Below are positions 27,401 to 40,815 of a stretch of DNA of 64,000 nt, in pieces. The DNA is from Chrysomallon squamiferum (taxonomy: Eukaryota; Animalia; Mollusca), in NCBI GenBank assembly GCA_012295275.1, contig CM022665.1:13764001-13828000 (forward strand), in the 5' to 3' direction. A program made the translations under genes and the position numbers. Each line of letters starts with the position of its first letter. Position 1 is the stretch's first letter. The notes under the pieces were generated by a model. The model was not told the origin of the DNA. It worked only from the letters and a program-made list of their open reading frames with translations, and did no database searches.

Positions 27401-28632
27401 AAAAGGGAAAGGATGAAAGTTTAAATGTGCATGTAATCATAGATCAATTTTGTTAAAATATGAAATTATTTATATTAAATTTGTTTTTGGTTTCACTCAG
27501 AGGAATTGAATTGATCCAGCAGTCTATTGCGCCTCCCTGAGTTCACCATTAAAGGCTTGTATTGCGCTCTCGTACATTTGTCTATAAATTGCTTGTTTTA
27601 ATTTTGTGTTGCGGGTGCTCTTATTTAACAACGTGGCCTTTCTTGAATGTGACAAAATCGTGCCTTGGTGCCAAGCTACAAGACAAACCGTCAAGCTCAC
27701 GTTCGCTTCGTGCATTCCTGCAGAGCCCATGTCACGAAAGTAAAAGAGCGCTCAAGTCAGCCAATTTAGTTGTAACACCTGGATTGAAACTGCAGGGCGG
27801 GTTGTTTGCATTGTAGTGCGCTGGGAAAACAAGGGATTCAAAACGGAATGCTTTAGCAAACCAGAAACGGCCTTTTCGCGCCTCCCCCGGAAGTTTCAAT
27901 TGGTTTAGGTAACACATTTATCACTTAGAATCCGTGAAAGGATTTCTGTCCATCGCTGTTTTATTGGCCTTGGATATACAGCTTGCTTTTTAGACACCAT
28001 TTTTTTTTTTAAACGCTTTTTTTTTTTTTTTCCGGTGAGATGCAAACCACGAACACCTGCGTCTGAATGAACGTTGACTTCTGAGCATGCTCTCACGGAT
28101 GTTGCCTTGACAGCAGAGAATAGACTGGAATGTTTCTGCACTGACCCCCGCTGCATTATTTAATCTGCATGCAGATGCCCGGTTGATGGAGGGAACATAT
28201 CTAGCACAAGATCCCCAGTTTTCACTCAACAATGTTTTATGGTTGTTTTGGGGTTGTTTTTTTTCTTCATTATAATGATATTTGTTTTATCTTGAAAAAA
28301 AAAAAATCTCTTTACAGTGGTGATGTCTTTTCAGAAAAAATAAATAAATAAAAAAAATAAAAATAAAAATAATAATAATAATAAAAAATTAATATAAAAT
28401 TAGAATAATCAGCGGATATAAGATATAATTAACGATGATTACTATATGAAATTATGATTAAGAAATCAAAGGTAATTTGTTTTCTGAAATACTGATTTAC
28501 TGGCATTTTATTGTTTTTACTGTAATTATATTTAAAATAATCTCGACATAGACATCATTATTTTTGCAGACCGGTATGTACCGAAGAGGTATATTATGAG
28601 GGGAAAAAAAAAAAAATATATATATATATATA

Positions 28633-28667
<35 letters not shown>

Positions 28668-28978
28668 TAGGAAACACGTTTAATAACTGGATTAAACTAA
28701 CGAAACATGAATAATACTTTCTTTTGTGTTCTTATGACATTCCACTGACTTAATTCTGATTACAAGCGCGGAGAAACGTAAAACGTAATTGTCATCTACG
28801 AGTACTTTTTTTATTTATTTATTTTCTCAATTTTTTTCAGGAAAAACCCCAAAACAAAACAAAAACAATCTTAGAATAAAAATGGAAATATATTTTGGAA
28901 CTGACATTTATAGCTATAAATATAAAACAGATTATAAGACATTTTTGCTTACCTTGTTTCTTTAAAACATTAAAACAA

Positions 28979-30282
28979 GTACGACAATAACGTCACAAGT
29001 AAATAAGTAGTATGAGAATATGTTTTTTTGCGGTTTTTGTCTTGCCGTGTGTGCCTTTTGTGAAGATTAGTGTTGAACTGTAGCTAATAATTTATATTAA
29101 TTTAATACTGACGTTAAAGAGGATATTTTTGTGAAAAATGTCAAAATATTTAAGTGGTATCTTAACAGTAGTTCTCAAAGGGTGTGCTCCACGAAATTCT
29201 GGGATCTAGGTAGATATTTGTGATGATAAAAAAATTGATTATGTTAAGAGCGGAAAGGTATCTAGTAAGAAATAGTCGGTTGCCCGGAAGAAGATTTTAT
29301 GTACGTTGTAAACTCGTTCGAAACAAGTTTTGGCTGATGAACAATCGCGGCTGCTCAAGGTTGTGCAGTAGTTTATCAGTGACAGTGTGAGTGACAGGGT
29401 GTGCAAGTGTGATATATAGCCAAAGTTTTCTTGTGACACGTATTCCTATCACTGTCACAATCACTACCCATCTAAAACTTTAATACTTTATGGAATTTTA
29501 TATTATTACATTTGTTAAAAGCAAACGATTGATAGAAGTTTTCCCTCACTGCACCATGCACACCATTAAGAATACAGCCTTTGTACAGTTTTTTGACATC
29601 TTAACAGTCCATTGCTTTGTATTTCATATTTCAATATTTTTGAAGAAATTGCCAAGACACGTCAGGCTCATCAGCACAAAATAGATGATGAATAAAGGTA
29701 AATACTCACACAAGGGCGGTAACTCTAAATATATCGGTGAACATCTCTCGCACAAGGGCGGTAACTCTAAATATGAATATCTCTCAGAAGAAAAACAAAC
29801 GGTACAGATTCCAGATGAGAACCGTTTATACGCGAAATGAGGAAGAATCTGACATAGATGTAGACAATGAGGATAGACAATCTCAGCAGCATGCTCCGCA
29901 ACCGATTCAGCCGCAATATCCTTCTTTCAGTCATTTCTGTATTTTTTTACATTTTGCATTATACTTCTTAGCATTTTGTGTGTAGTGTGCCCGCAATTTT
30001 TTGTAAGGCTTCAAGTGTGCCACGACTTCAAAAAGTTTGAGAACCACTGTTTTAACATCTAAAACAGATTTGAAAATAAAATAAAATAAAATAAAATGAT
30101 AATAATAATAATAAAATAAAATTGGAAATAAAAAATAAAAAATGAGAAACCTCTAATGAATAGCCTACTTTTTTCTCATAAACATTAATTTGGTTTATTA
30201 TTTTATTACCTAAAAAAAAAAAAAAAAAAAAAAAAAATAATAATAATAATAATTTATTTGTATTTTATTATTTATTTATTTA

Positions 30283-30332
<50 letters not shown>

Positions 30333-30523
30333 AAATTATGTTATTTTAAAAAAGTATTATTACTAAAGTTTCTACTACTACTACTAGTAATAATCATCGT
30401 CACCAGTGTCATCATCTCAAAAAACAACACTGAATATCACCGCTGTACTACTTCAGTTGATTCGCCACAACTACATCGTATTACGGGTGACACCTCTGCC
30501 TTACATTTCCCATGGAAACTTAA
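28979..30523. repeat. Local duplication, copy B (interrupted by a hAT element)
   Basis: Same blocks as 24503-25130 in the same order and orientation, split by the insertion at 29166-30049. Confidence 0.85.
29166..30049. mobile_element. hAT (Charlie-like) non-autonomous DNA transposon
   Basis: TIRs CAGTAGTTCTCAAA (29166) and TTTGAGAACCACTG (30036-30049). 8-bp target duplication TCTTAACA (29160-29167, overlapping the terminal CA) and TTTTAACA (30050-30057). The paralogous empty site TCATAACA is at 24691-24698. Confidence 0.85.
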
Positions 30524-30783
30524 TGTTTCTTTGTGAGTATTCAAAGAGTAGTGAATTGACCAAACAGCAGTGGAGCTTGTCTTAGCAGTTTACTTTCTGC
30601 TTGATCCCACGGGTGTTTCAAAGATTTAGAACTTGGACGCGAAAGTTAAAATTGACTTTTCTATCTAAACAGTAGAGAAGTCGGGTTCTAGGAGAATTCC
30701 TTGTCTGAATCCCAACATGTCTTCCAGTGACAGTGGGTCAGTGGTAGTAACCAGCAAAAGGGAAGATATATTGCTTTTTACAG

Positions 30784-30815
<32 letters not shown>

Positions 30816-31390
30816 AGAAGAAAAAAAGGTTTCTAAGCCAACGAATTTGTCTGATACAAATAATGTCTGAAATAGTATCAGAAGATTTTGCTGTTTGATA
30901 TGTTATGAAGAAGTAGGTGTAATCAAGTCGTGGTTATTTGTATTATGATTTTAATTGCATACTTTGTAACTTATAAGACAGCAAACAATTTTTATTTTTT
31001 ATTTTTATAATACATTTTAAAACACTTTTTGCAACAACAACAACAACAAAAAATAATAATAATAATACAAAGAAAGAAAAAGAACAATTCTTATTATCAC
31101 AAAACAAAAATACATAAATTATAAATCAAATAAAGTATATAACAATATTTTTATTATTATCACTTACTAATAATTAAATAAAATACAATAATATTAAATT
31201 TAAAAGTATAATAATAATAATAAAATAATGGTAATTAAATAAATAAGTAATAATGAAATATTGATCAAGCTCTCAAATTTTTATATTTATAAACCATCTT
31301 TTAACAGGCGCGCGCGCGCACACACACGCATACGTACACAAACAAACACACATACAAGACATCAAATTAATTACTGCTATTTTGGTGTAC

Positions 31391-32015
31391 CGGCAGGAAC
31401 ATTAAAATAAATGAAATAAATTCCATTAGCCAGCTGGAGCAGTGAGAAGGGTTCGCTCCCACCTAGCCTAAAACTTTAAAAATCTGTCTCCCATATAGCT
31501 TAAATGATGTTGGGATACCTGGGCCAAATGTTTTGATAGTGAACTGGTATTAAGGGCTATGGTCCGTTTTTTATATTAAGTGAATATAGCTCAGAAAATA
31601 GCAGTACTCTGGTAGTGATGCTGATGAGTGTGTACATATGAGTGAATAGAATACCACAAAATAACCAGATGGGATGGAATGGTGTTTCCTCCATTTTTCC
31701 AGGTGTCGAAATGAAAGGATGTTTTTTCTCATTACACACAGTGTATCATCCAATACTCACGAGAATCATGCAAACTAGCCATCCATTTTAGGGACAACGC
31801 TGATGTCCAGAGGTATTGATACAGACTATAACATGAACACAATAGACTGACCAAAGTTAATCCCATACCACCCAACTCCCCCTTAGCCAAAACCCAATGT
31901 TGTTGTAATAGATTGATTTGGTTAGGTTTTTGGCTAGGTGGGAGGACACCGTGAGAAGTCCAGACCACTTTGAACAGCCCCCCCCCCACCGCAGCCAGCA
32001 AGCTGTTCCTGGGCC
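31391..32015. mobile_element. Fold-back / MITE-like element
   Basis: CTCCCACCTAGCCTAAAAC (31456-31474) and GTTTTTGGCTAGGTGGGAG (31926-31944) are an 18/19 inverted repeat. Outer CAGGAACA (31394-31401) pairs with TGTTCCTG (32004-32011). Confidence 0.55.
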
Positions 32016-32479
32016 ATTTAAAAATCAACATATTTCCCTAGCCTCTGGTACCGTTAACTCGGAAGGTCACTCGTTGGTTTGCGGGGGTCAGAGTGATCTT
32101 TACCGTTAGCCACACAGAAATGTTTTTGCGATGCAAATTTCAATTACTCAGGTTTTCTCGAATACTTTTCACAGTCCAGTAATGCAAAGTTAAACTTGGA
32201 ATAAATTGTTTAGCACGGCAATGTTTGTCGTTCCTCCGTTTTACACATTCTGTGGGCAACTACCACGTCATTCTCCCCACAAACACACACGACATAAAAT
32301 GGCCATCGCTGGCCATAACAGGACGCCGAAGAAGACTAAATCTGATTTAAAATTTGATGTATTAATCGATACAAAATTCATGTTACACATTCTAAAAAAA
32401 ATTTAACCTACATATGTCAGGTAGATTTATTTTTTGGAAATAATGTTGTTTATAAAAACAATTTTAAAAACAAATATTA

Positions 32480-32690
32480 TTATACCCTTGCTTTATCCTT
32501 TTCTACTATACAGATGGTTCAAAGGCTGTGGTATATGCATGCTTTTCTGTCGTAAATAATCAAATAACCTTTGTTCAAAACAGTGTAGTGTGCGAAACAA
32601 TATCCCTACTTATTCATGTAATGCAAAATTATTTGTATTGACCCTTAATATAAAAATGCAATGAAGTTTCTTTGGAAAAGCATTAATGTA
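32480..32690. repeat. Degenerate SINE-like repeat copy
   Basis: TCAAAGGCTGTGGTATATG (~32519) resembles TCAAAGGCTGCGATATG at ~35691. Confidence 0.4.
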
Positions 32691-33243
32691 ATTCTCTCTT
32701 ATATCGGACTTCTTTATTGCTATATAAATAAATAAATAAATAAATAAATAATAAGAAACCTAATTAAATAAATACTATCGCACATTCATGTTTAGTATTG
32801 AACATAAATCAGATAAATTAAATATCTATTTATTCTTTATATCGGTAACTAACCTTTGTATCATTCTTTCTAATTTATGTGCGCAAAACGCTATAAATCT
32901 ACTATAGATCACTAGCCATGACGTCATAGTATTGTACGTCATACAGTTGTTTTAATGTCTGGGTAGACAATAATGTAAGTAAAATAATTTATATATTAAT
33001 TATTATGATACACATTACACGATTTATTTAATCTATAAACTTATATATATATATATATATTCAAATCGTTTATTAGCTCACTGAAACGAAATGAAACGCT
33101 ATCTTTTTATTTCGATTCTGTTCCACTTATTTAATTTAATTTAATTTTTATTACTGTTATATCGTCTTCGTTTTCTCGTTGTCACCTTCATCTAAGGATA
33201 AGCTTTTTAAATTTACTGTTTTCAGTTTATTGTTGTTGTGGTA

Positions 33244-33314
<71 letters not shown>

Positions 33315-33455
33315 CACTACTACTACTATTGTTGTTGCTGTTGTTGTTATTTTTTTGTAGCAACAGTATGATTGCTGCTGTTTTTGATTACAATTGTTTT
33401 TTTTTTTTTTTAATTTTATAGTCCTTAAGCTACCACTGTCAACATTTAGAACAAG

Positions 33456-33456
<1 letters not shown>

Positions 33457-33539
<83 letters not shown>
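33457..33539. repeat. (TG)n microsatellite
   Basis: Perfect dinucleotide run. Confidence 0.95.
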
Positions 33540-33544
<5 letters not shown>

Positions 33545-35544
33545 TGTGGCAGAAATAAATCGGTTTTTGTGTTAGCAACTAGACTTTCAGGCTGATTTTC
33601 CACACACACACAAAATATATTATTATAAAGAAAAGTATTTCATTTTGAAAATGATATCCATTTGAGTGTACCCAATCTTTTTCTTTTTCTTTTCTATTAT
33701 TAATATTTTCTTTTTCAGTTCTGAATACACTAATGAACAGCAATTCACATTACTGCCCTAAATTAAATATTTTCTATTTGTAACTGTATTTCGATGTGGG
33801 TGTTCAGATATGGAAAATATTCTTTTCTTTTTCTTTTTAAAAGAAATGAAGAAGACAAAGATGCCCAAAAACGTGTTACTATCTCATGCAATACTTGATG
33901 TTTACTGTGCCTGATTTCAACGCTTTTTGCAGCAGTAATCGTATGTACTTGGTGAATTTGTACACTCATCTATGCACAACTCAGTTGTGTTTTGGCCGTT
34001 TCACGCTTTTGCACCAAAATGGAAAAAGCATTTTTAAAAAAGAAAAGAAAAAAAAGGAACATATCCAAACTCAGACCTGTTTCATTTCCCTTCACATTTG
34101 CTGAAATGCTTTGTTTAGGCATGCTTTGTATAGCTATATCATATATTGTTCATTTAAAATGTTCTATTACTGTCTGTCATTTTGAAGTTTCTAAACTGAA
34201 TACTTTAGGTCATGAAATTGCTTTAGTTTAATTATATTTATTCTGTTGTTTTCTGCCTTATCTTCAGTATAAATATTTGGATATTAATATGAGGAAATAC
34301 GTCTTGGTTTACGCATTAAGAATTTCCTGTGAAGGTAAGTACTAGAACCGTTTATCAGTTTTTATACTCTCTGTTCTTACAAACATTGGATACAATCTGA
34401 GTTCGACATAGTTCAAAGCATTTTAGTTCTACGATGAATCCTAAAAACAGTCGACATCCAATTTTAAAAGACTTTTAAAAGGTTATCAGAGAACGAAATG
34501 TCACTTTTGATCTCGTAATAAGTTGGTTATATTCTGAATTCTGTCGAATGAAGTTTGATAAATACTAGATTGTTCGTATTTATTAATACTACGTACTTTC
34601 ACCATAGCATACAGATGTATATTTAGAAATGCAAAAATAACAAAGCGCACTCTATCTTTGCATAAATATTCACACATATATAAATACACACACACACAAT
34701 TATATGTATAACAAAAGTGAATAAACACAATTATATGCAGATATAAATAGATAAATTAAAATAAAATAATGGTGCACAAAAATTAATGAATAAAAACATA
34801 TAAAGTGGAAGTAACATCACGAACAATTAGATATAAAACGAAAAACAAAGAAAACTAATAAAGAAATACACAGAAAACTATTTTAAGTTGAAAAAAAAAA
34901 AGTAAAATGAAAGCACAGAGTGGAAAAAAATCAGTCGGCAATTTCGCAGTCTGATAACAATCACAAAAAAAAAAAAAAATCTTCTATTTCGTTAGCTCAA
35001 CTTCAAATACATGACTTTTCAGAAAAGAAAGAAATAATAATAAAAATGTGTATAACAGTATCACTCATAACACGACTCTTCGTACAAAACAAACACACAC
35101 TTTTAACCGCTATCGTCTGTCTTCTCATAAACGTACGGCTTCGTTCACATAGCAGTCGTCGGCTTTCTTTGATGTTGAACTAGCGCCATCTTCCATGTGT
35201 ACCCGACTTTGCCGCCTCAAAGAGGACTCATTTCATACCGGCTTTTATTGCTACTTACATGTGTATTAAAACGACAATTTCCAAACACCATGCGTTTTCT
35301 GAATTCATAGCTCTTGACTATGGAGTGGTTTTTCTTTGCCTGTGTGGGGGACACAAAGTAAAAATATCTCGAACTGATATTATTATTACGGACTGGTATT
35401 GTTTTTATTGTCAGTTATTGACTAACTAAAATTTACCTTTATGTAATACATTGACTGAAACCTGTGTATTAAGGGGAAATAAAACATTATACGTGAAACC
35501 TTAATAATAATAATAATAGATTCTATTTTAGGTTAGATAAAGAA

Positions 35545-35546
<2 letters not shown>

Positions 35547-35633
<87 letters not shown>

Positions 35634-35882
35634 CTCTCTGTCTCTCTCTGTGTCTCTCTGTCTGTCAACCATTATCTAACGACTTGTTTATCAAAGGCTG
35701 CGATATGTTTTTGATTATCTGTAGAGTTGTGGAAGACAATTTTTTTTTTTTTCCGAGCGTAACTTATAAAAACTTGTTTCAAATCTGATTATTATAGTCG
35801 GTCCTGTATACATGTAGTTTCCTTAAAATTTACATTGTGTTTGTGATGTGTGTGTGTGTGTATGTGTCTGTGTGTGTGTGCA

Positions 35883-35956
<74 letters not shown>
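35547..35956. repeat. Compound microsatellites: (TC)n 35547-35627 and (TG)n(AG)n ~35847-35956
   Basis: Directly visible runs. Confidence 0.9.
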
Positions 35957-37048
35957 CGCGTGCGCGTATCTGCGTAATTTTCAGTAATTTTGTGTACCTA
36001 GAAGATGTCTTCTTACATTAATTAAAAACTATTCGTTTTCAAAGTATTATGATTTAATTTTTGTAGAAGCTGACTACATGCTAACATTGGACCAGTTATT
36101 AATTCTCATGCATATACGTTTTTGTAATAGAAACCGGTACTGAAATATAGATACGGCCGTATGAGACAAACTGTTAGAACAAAATAAAAATATGAAATAA
36201 TTATACCGAATAAACATTTTAAATTTAACTGATAAAAGGATATTAAACAAACGTCTCAGGAACTAAACCTCAAAAACTCTGAAAACTGAGCTGTGAAAAT
36301 ATCCTTTTATCTTTTATCTGCATCCTCTTCAGTTTCATCACAGATTTTTATATAAAACTGACTCCATTCTTTATCATTTCAGAAAGGCTGAGAAAGCATT
36401 AAATATTATTTCTTATAATATTTATATTTTTGCAGTAAAATACGATACATTTCAACACCAAACGAAATCATAACTGTTATTTTCGTTCATTCTTTCTTTC
36501 TTTTTTCCTTTCCATCTGTCCTTGTTTCTTTTTCTTTTTTTCTTTTTTCTTACATTTCTTCGTCTTCCTATTTATTTATTTTTTCTTTGTTGATCTAAAA
36601 GTGTTATTGTTTTTATTTTTAAAACATTTCTTAAAAAGTTTTCCAATCTAAGAGATTCTGTCTTATTAGTTTTCCACTAATTATTACGACTGTCAAGTAG
36701 AAGTGATTTCTAAACTTTACATTTTATTTTTTATTATTCCTTTATGAATTCATTAAATACGTTATCTTTAATGATGTTATTAGTAGCAAATGCACGTATG
36801 TATATAATGAGAACCAAAAAATATCATATATATGAATTAATAATATAAAAATATTAAATAAATTAATAAATAAATAAATAAATAAATATTTAGCAAAAAT
36901 CTATTTTATAAATTTATTTTAATCTTTTTTAATGCTTTTAATTTTGTTAAAAAAGAAAAGAATCCGGATAAATATAATTTTAAAATTTTGAGTAAAATTC
37001 GATTTCAGCGAATTCAGTTCATAAAAATTTTACGAAGAAACAGTGAAA

Positions 37049-37092
<44 letters not shown>

Positions 37093-37246
37093 TAATAATA
37101 ATAAATATAAATATAAAATAAATAAATATAAAAATAATCGAAATATATTCAGTTAATAGAATTATTTCACCATTTATTTATTTATATGTTAATTAATTAA
37201 TTAATTTATTGTTACTTTGTTCGTCTGTTACTCGGTTTTACACAGA

Positions 37247-37278
<32 letters not shown>

Positions 37279-37582
37279 TTAAATTAAATTTATTTCTATT
37301 AAATGGTACGTTTATCTTTTTATACTCATTTCATGACATAACAGGATAAAAAATATTTTTGAACATTCACATTCTCTATTTCCACTATCTTTTTATTCTT
37401 TATCACTCCTTAAAAAATTAATTTTTAAAAAGAAACAAAAAAAGCATTAATGATGTTCTTCAAATGATAACTAAATTTTCTATTTTTTATTTATTAATAT
37501 TTTTTTGGACGATTTATTTTATTTTTTATGATACTAGTTTTATATGTTTTACCAAAAAATTCAGCGTCTTTTCGCATCCAAA

Positions 37583-37613
<31 letters not shown>

Positions 37614-37660
37614 AACATTTTCCGGATAAAATATATTTTTATAAGATTTTTCTTTTTATT

Positions 37661-37700
<40 letters not shown>

Positions 37701-38633
37701 TAATAACAACAACACTAACAATAGTAATAATAATAAAACCATATTAAGATTCAGCAGTCTCATTTATAATTTTACTCATGTATTGTATTTCAGTTTGTTT
37801 GTGTTTTTCACGTCTAACAATACACTGAAATATCTGAAACTGCAAAGATTTTTCACGTAATTAGTTACTGTTTAAAAAAAATAATAAATAAATAATAATA
37901 TTCCAAGGGAGATAACTTGAAAAAATCCTATCGAAAAGTATAAAAATCGTATTGTTTGTATTAAAATTTTAATTATTAATTTTTATCTGATTTGTTTTAG
38001 TCTTTTGGAAAAAATATTTTATTAATAACTCTCGGAAATAAAAGCAACAAAACATATATACAGATATGTTTTAATAACTTTTTCAAAACTTTTTACTGAT
38101 TTTCAAAATTTGAATTATAATCGATTAATTAATGCCAAAAATTAGCATTTCTGACTGATAATGTGCAGACAAATCCAGGTAACAATTTCCCATAAGCAAC
38201 AATATTTTTTACATCTATTTTATTAAAGACATCAAAACATATTTCACAATTTGGTAACAAGTCGTGAGTCATTGGATGGAACCGGAAATAGCTACGAAAT
38301 ATATTGAGTATGACGATCATGACATTAATCAGACTTCAAATTCTAAATGTATTATGGTCAGCTTTGTCACATACACAAGACTCAATACAAATAAATATAT
38401 TCTTTATTTATTTATTTATTTGTTTGTTTGTTTGTTTGTTTGTTTGTTTGTTTGCTTATTTGTTTGTTTGGTTGGTTCGTTGGTTGGCTGGTTAGTTTAT
38501 ATTTATATACATTTTTGATAATTCTGTTTCGAAATTTTTTAATTTCGTTTCTTTCCCAGCTATGTTAATTTGGATTCCAGAAACAAAACAAATTATGAAT
38601 GTACGCATGCGCCACTTTGATTGAAATCAACAG

Positions 38634-38664
<31 letters not shown>

Positions 38665-39341
38665 TTTTTTGATTTTTTTATCTTCTCGGCAGCACGTGGA
38701 CTAAGCCAGACCGACCGAACATGGCGGCCAGTTCGTACTTTAAACAAACACAAACTTACTCTTAATCTCTGCTTCGTGAACGCTGGCTTGGGAGCACAGA
38801 ACGATAGAAAGAGCCAGTTTGCGTAGTTAGGCCTTTGCTGTTTAACTGGGGCTCTCCGAGCATTTCAATCATCTAGGAACGTGCTAGGACGATTCATTTT
38901 CCGACACCCACTCCGCACCTGGGCGTAACCGCCCGAAACACAGAACGTGAAAGTTTCAATAAAGATAGTCTGGGAAAATGTCAGAAATGTTTGTAATATT
39001 TTTTTCAGATCTGTTTGAAGCTGGATCTTATAAGAAATTCTATTTTTCTTTTCTTCTTTAATACTTTTTTCTTTCATTGGTGGTGATGGTGGTTGTGAGA
39101 TAAATGGCTTTAAATTGAAACTTAAATTTGGTTCTTCTTTTATGTATAGTTACTGAACGCTCAGAATGGGATCTAAAGGATGGAAATTTAGAGAATTTAT
39201 AATTAATAAGTTGCAAGAAAAAAGAAATTTTACCCTCGCCACACACCAACAGGTTTTAATTTTAATATTACTATTGTATCCCACTAAAAAGAAAAAGTAA
39301 TAAATAAATAAATAAATAAAATAATAATAGCAATAATAATA

Positions 39342-39373
<32 letters not shown>

Positions 39374-39482
39374 AATAATAATAATAATAACAGATAATTA
39401 AGAATGTTTCCAAATTTTAGTGAAATATATAACCATGAATAAACAAATGTGACTACATTCCGTAACATACTTTTCAAAATAA

Positions 39483-39561
<79 letters not shown>

Positions 39562-39596
39562 TTGTCTGTCTGTCTGTCTATCTAACTATCTATCTA
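39483..39596. repeat. (TCTA)n/(TCTG)n tetranucleotide microsatellite
   Basis: Directly visible; similar arrays at ~44770-44815 and ~47580-47740. Confidence 0.9.
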
Positions 39597-40031
39597 TTTA
39601 CACATATACACATACATATGGATATGGTAAAACATATCTGTAGCACTGAATTTAGAAAATATCATGGATTACGTTGCAGAGCACTTACCGTTTACAGAAT
39701 CATCACTGGTAGGGTCACCAAAGCTACAATATGGATCAATTTTATTATTAATAATTTCCGATGTACGAACGAATTAGGCGAAGTATAGGAAGGCTTGAAA
39801 TTAGAATATTTATTAAACTATACGCATAAATGTAAACTAACATTCTTTAACATTATGTATATATTTAGTTAAATTTAATTTACTCTGATTAAATGGTATG
39901 AATTTTAATTAATAAATAATTTTTCGATACCACAAAGATCAATCAATACAAGAGAATTAAAAACAAATATATATATATAATAACAGTAATAATAATAAAT
40001 AAAAAAGAATAAATAAATAATAATAATAATA

Positions 40032-40072
<41 letters not shown>

Positions 40073-40299
40073 AAAATAGTAAATCAATTACGAATCAGCT
40101 TTTAGAATCACTGATTACTAGTCTTTATTTGCCCTCAAAACGTTTCGTATTGAATGCAGTGTTTGAGTCACAACATTAATTCTGTAGAATTAGAACAGTG
40201 TATCGCTTTATGTTTCATGAATCTCCAGTGAACCCATTAAGCTATTTTAGTTTCAATTACGGAAAAAACGTGATGACACAAGAGCTGGTTAAAAAGCGG

Positions 40300-40510
40300 T
40301 TAGAGCTGATCGCCTTTTCCAACTAGTAACTGACGACTAGTTAGATCAGACACAGCAATATGTATTTTATGTCTGTCGTAAGCTAATAACATTTTAAAAA
40401 TCGCTTGTTAATAATTTATAAGAGTAGCGGGTTTCCATTCTCATAGCATTACTATTTTAAGAACCACATCACGTAATAACCGTTAGCACTGAAATGTGGT
40501 GACATATCGA
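40300..40510. repeat. Degenerate SINE-like repeat copy
   Basis: TTCCAACTAGTAAC...GACTAG...GTAGCGGGTTTCC shares blocks with the copies at ~21150 and ~56785. Confidence 0.4.
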
Positions 40511-40752
40511 TTTGCAAATTTTCATTTGACTCTTGGTAATGTTAATGTAAAAATGTGAAGAAATGTTCCTAAGTAAACAGTTATTTGTTAATTTAGAAAT
40601 GAAATAAAATATGCATGTGTGCGTGTGCGTGAGTGTTGTTTTTTAATTAATTTCCTAGATCAGTGGTTGAGTTTGGTGTCATAGATGGGTGAATCCGATA
40701 AATATTTTTAATTAGTTAAAGTTGAAACCTGAATTATCTGTGAATTTTTTCT

Positions 40753-40815
<63 letters not shown>

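Noticed and set aside
29709-29774. Spaced direct repeats suggestive of a CRISPR-like array
   Set aside because: Only two copies, inside a eukaryotic transposon, with no cas genes.
30717-30835. Kozak-like AACATG opening MSSSDSGSVVVTSKRED...
   Set aside because: Runs into a poly(A) tract with no good donor site or recognisable homology.
31621-31650. CTGATGAG as a hammerhead core
   Set aside because: No correctly placed GAAA and no credible stems.
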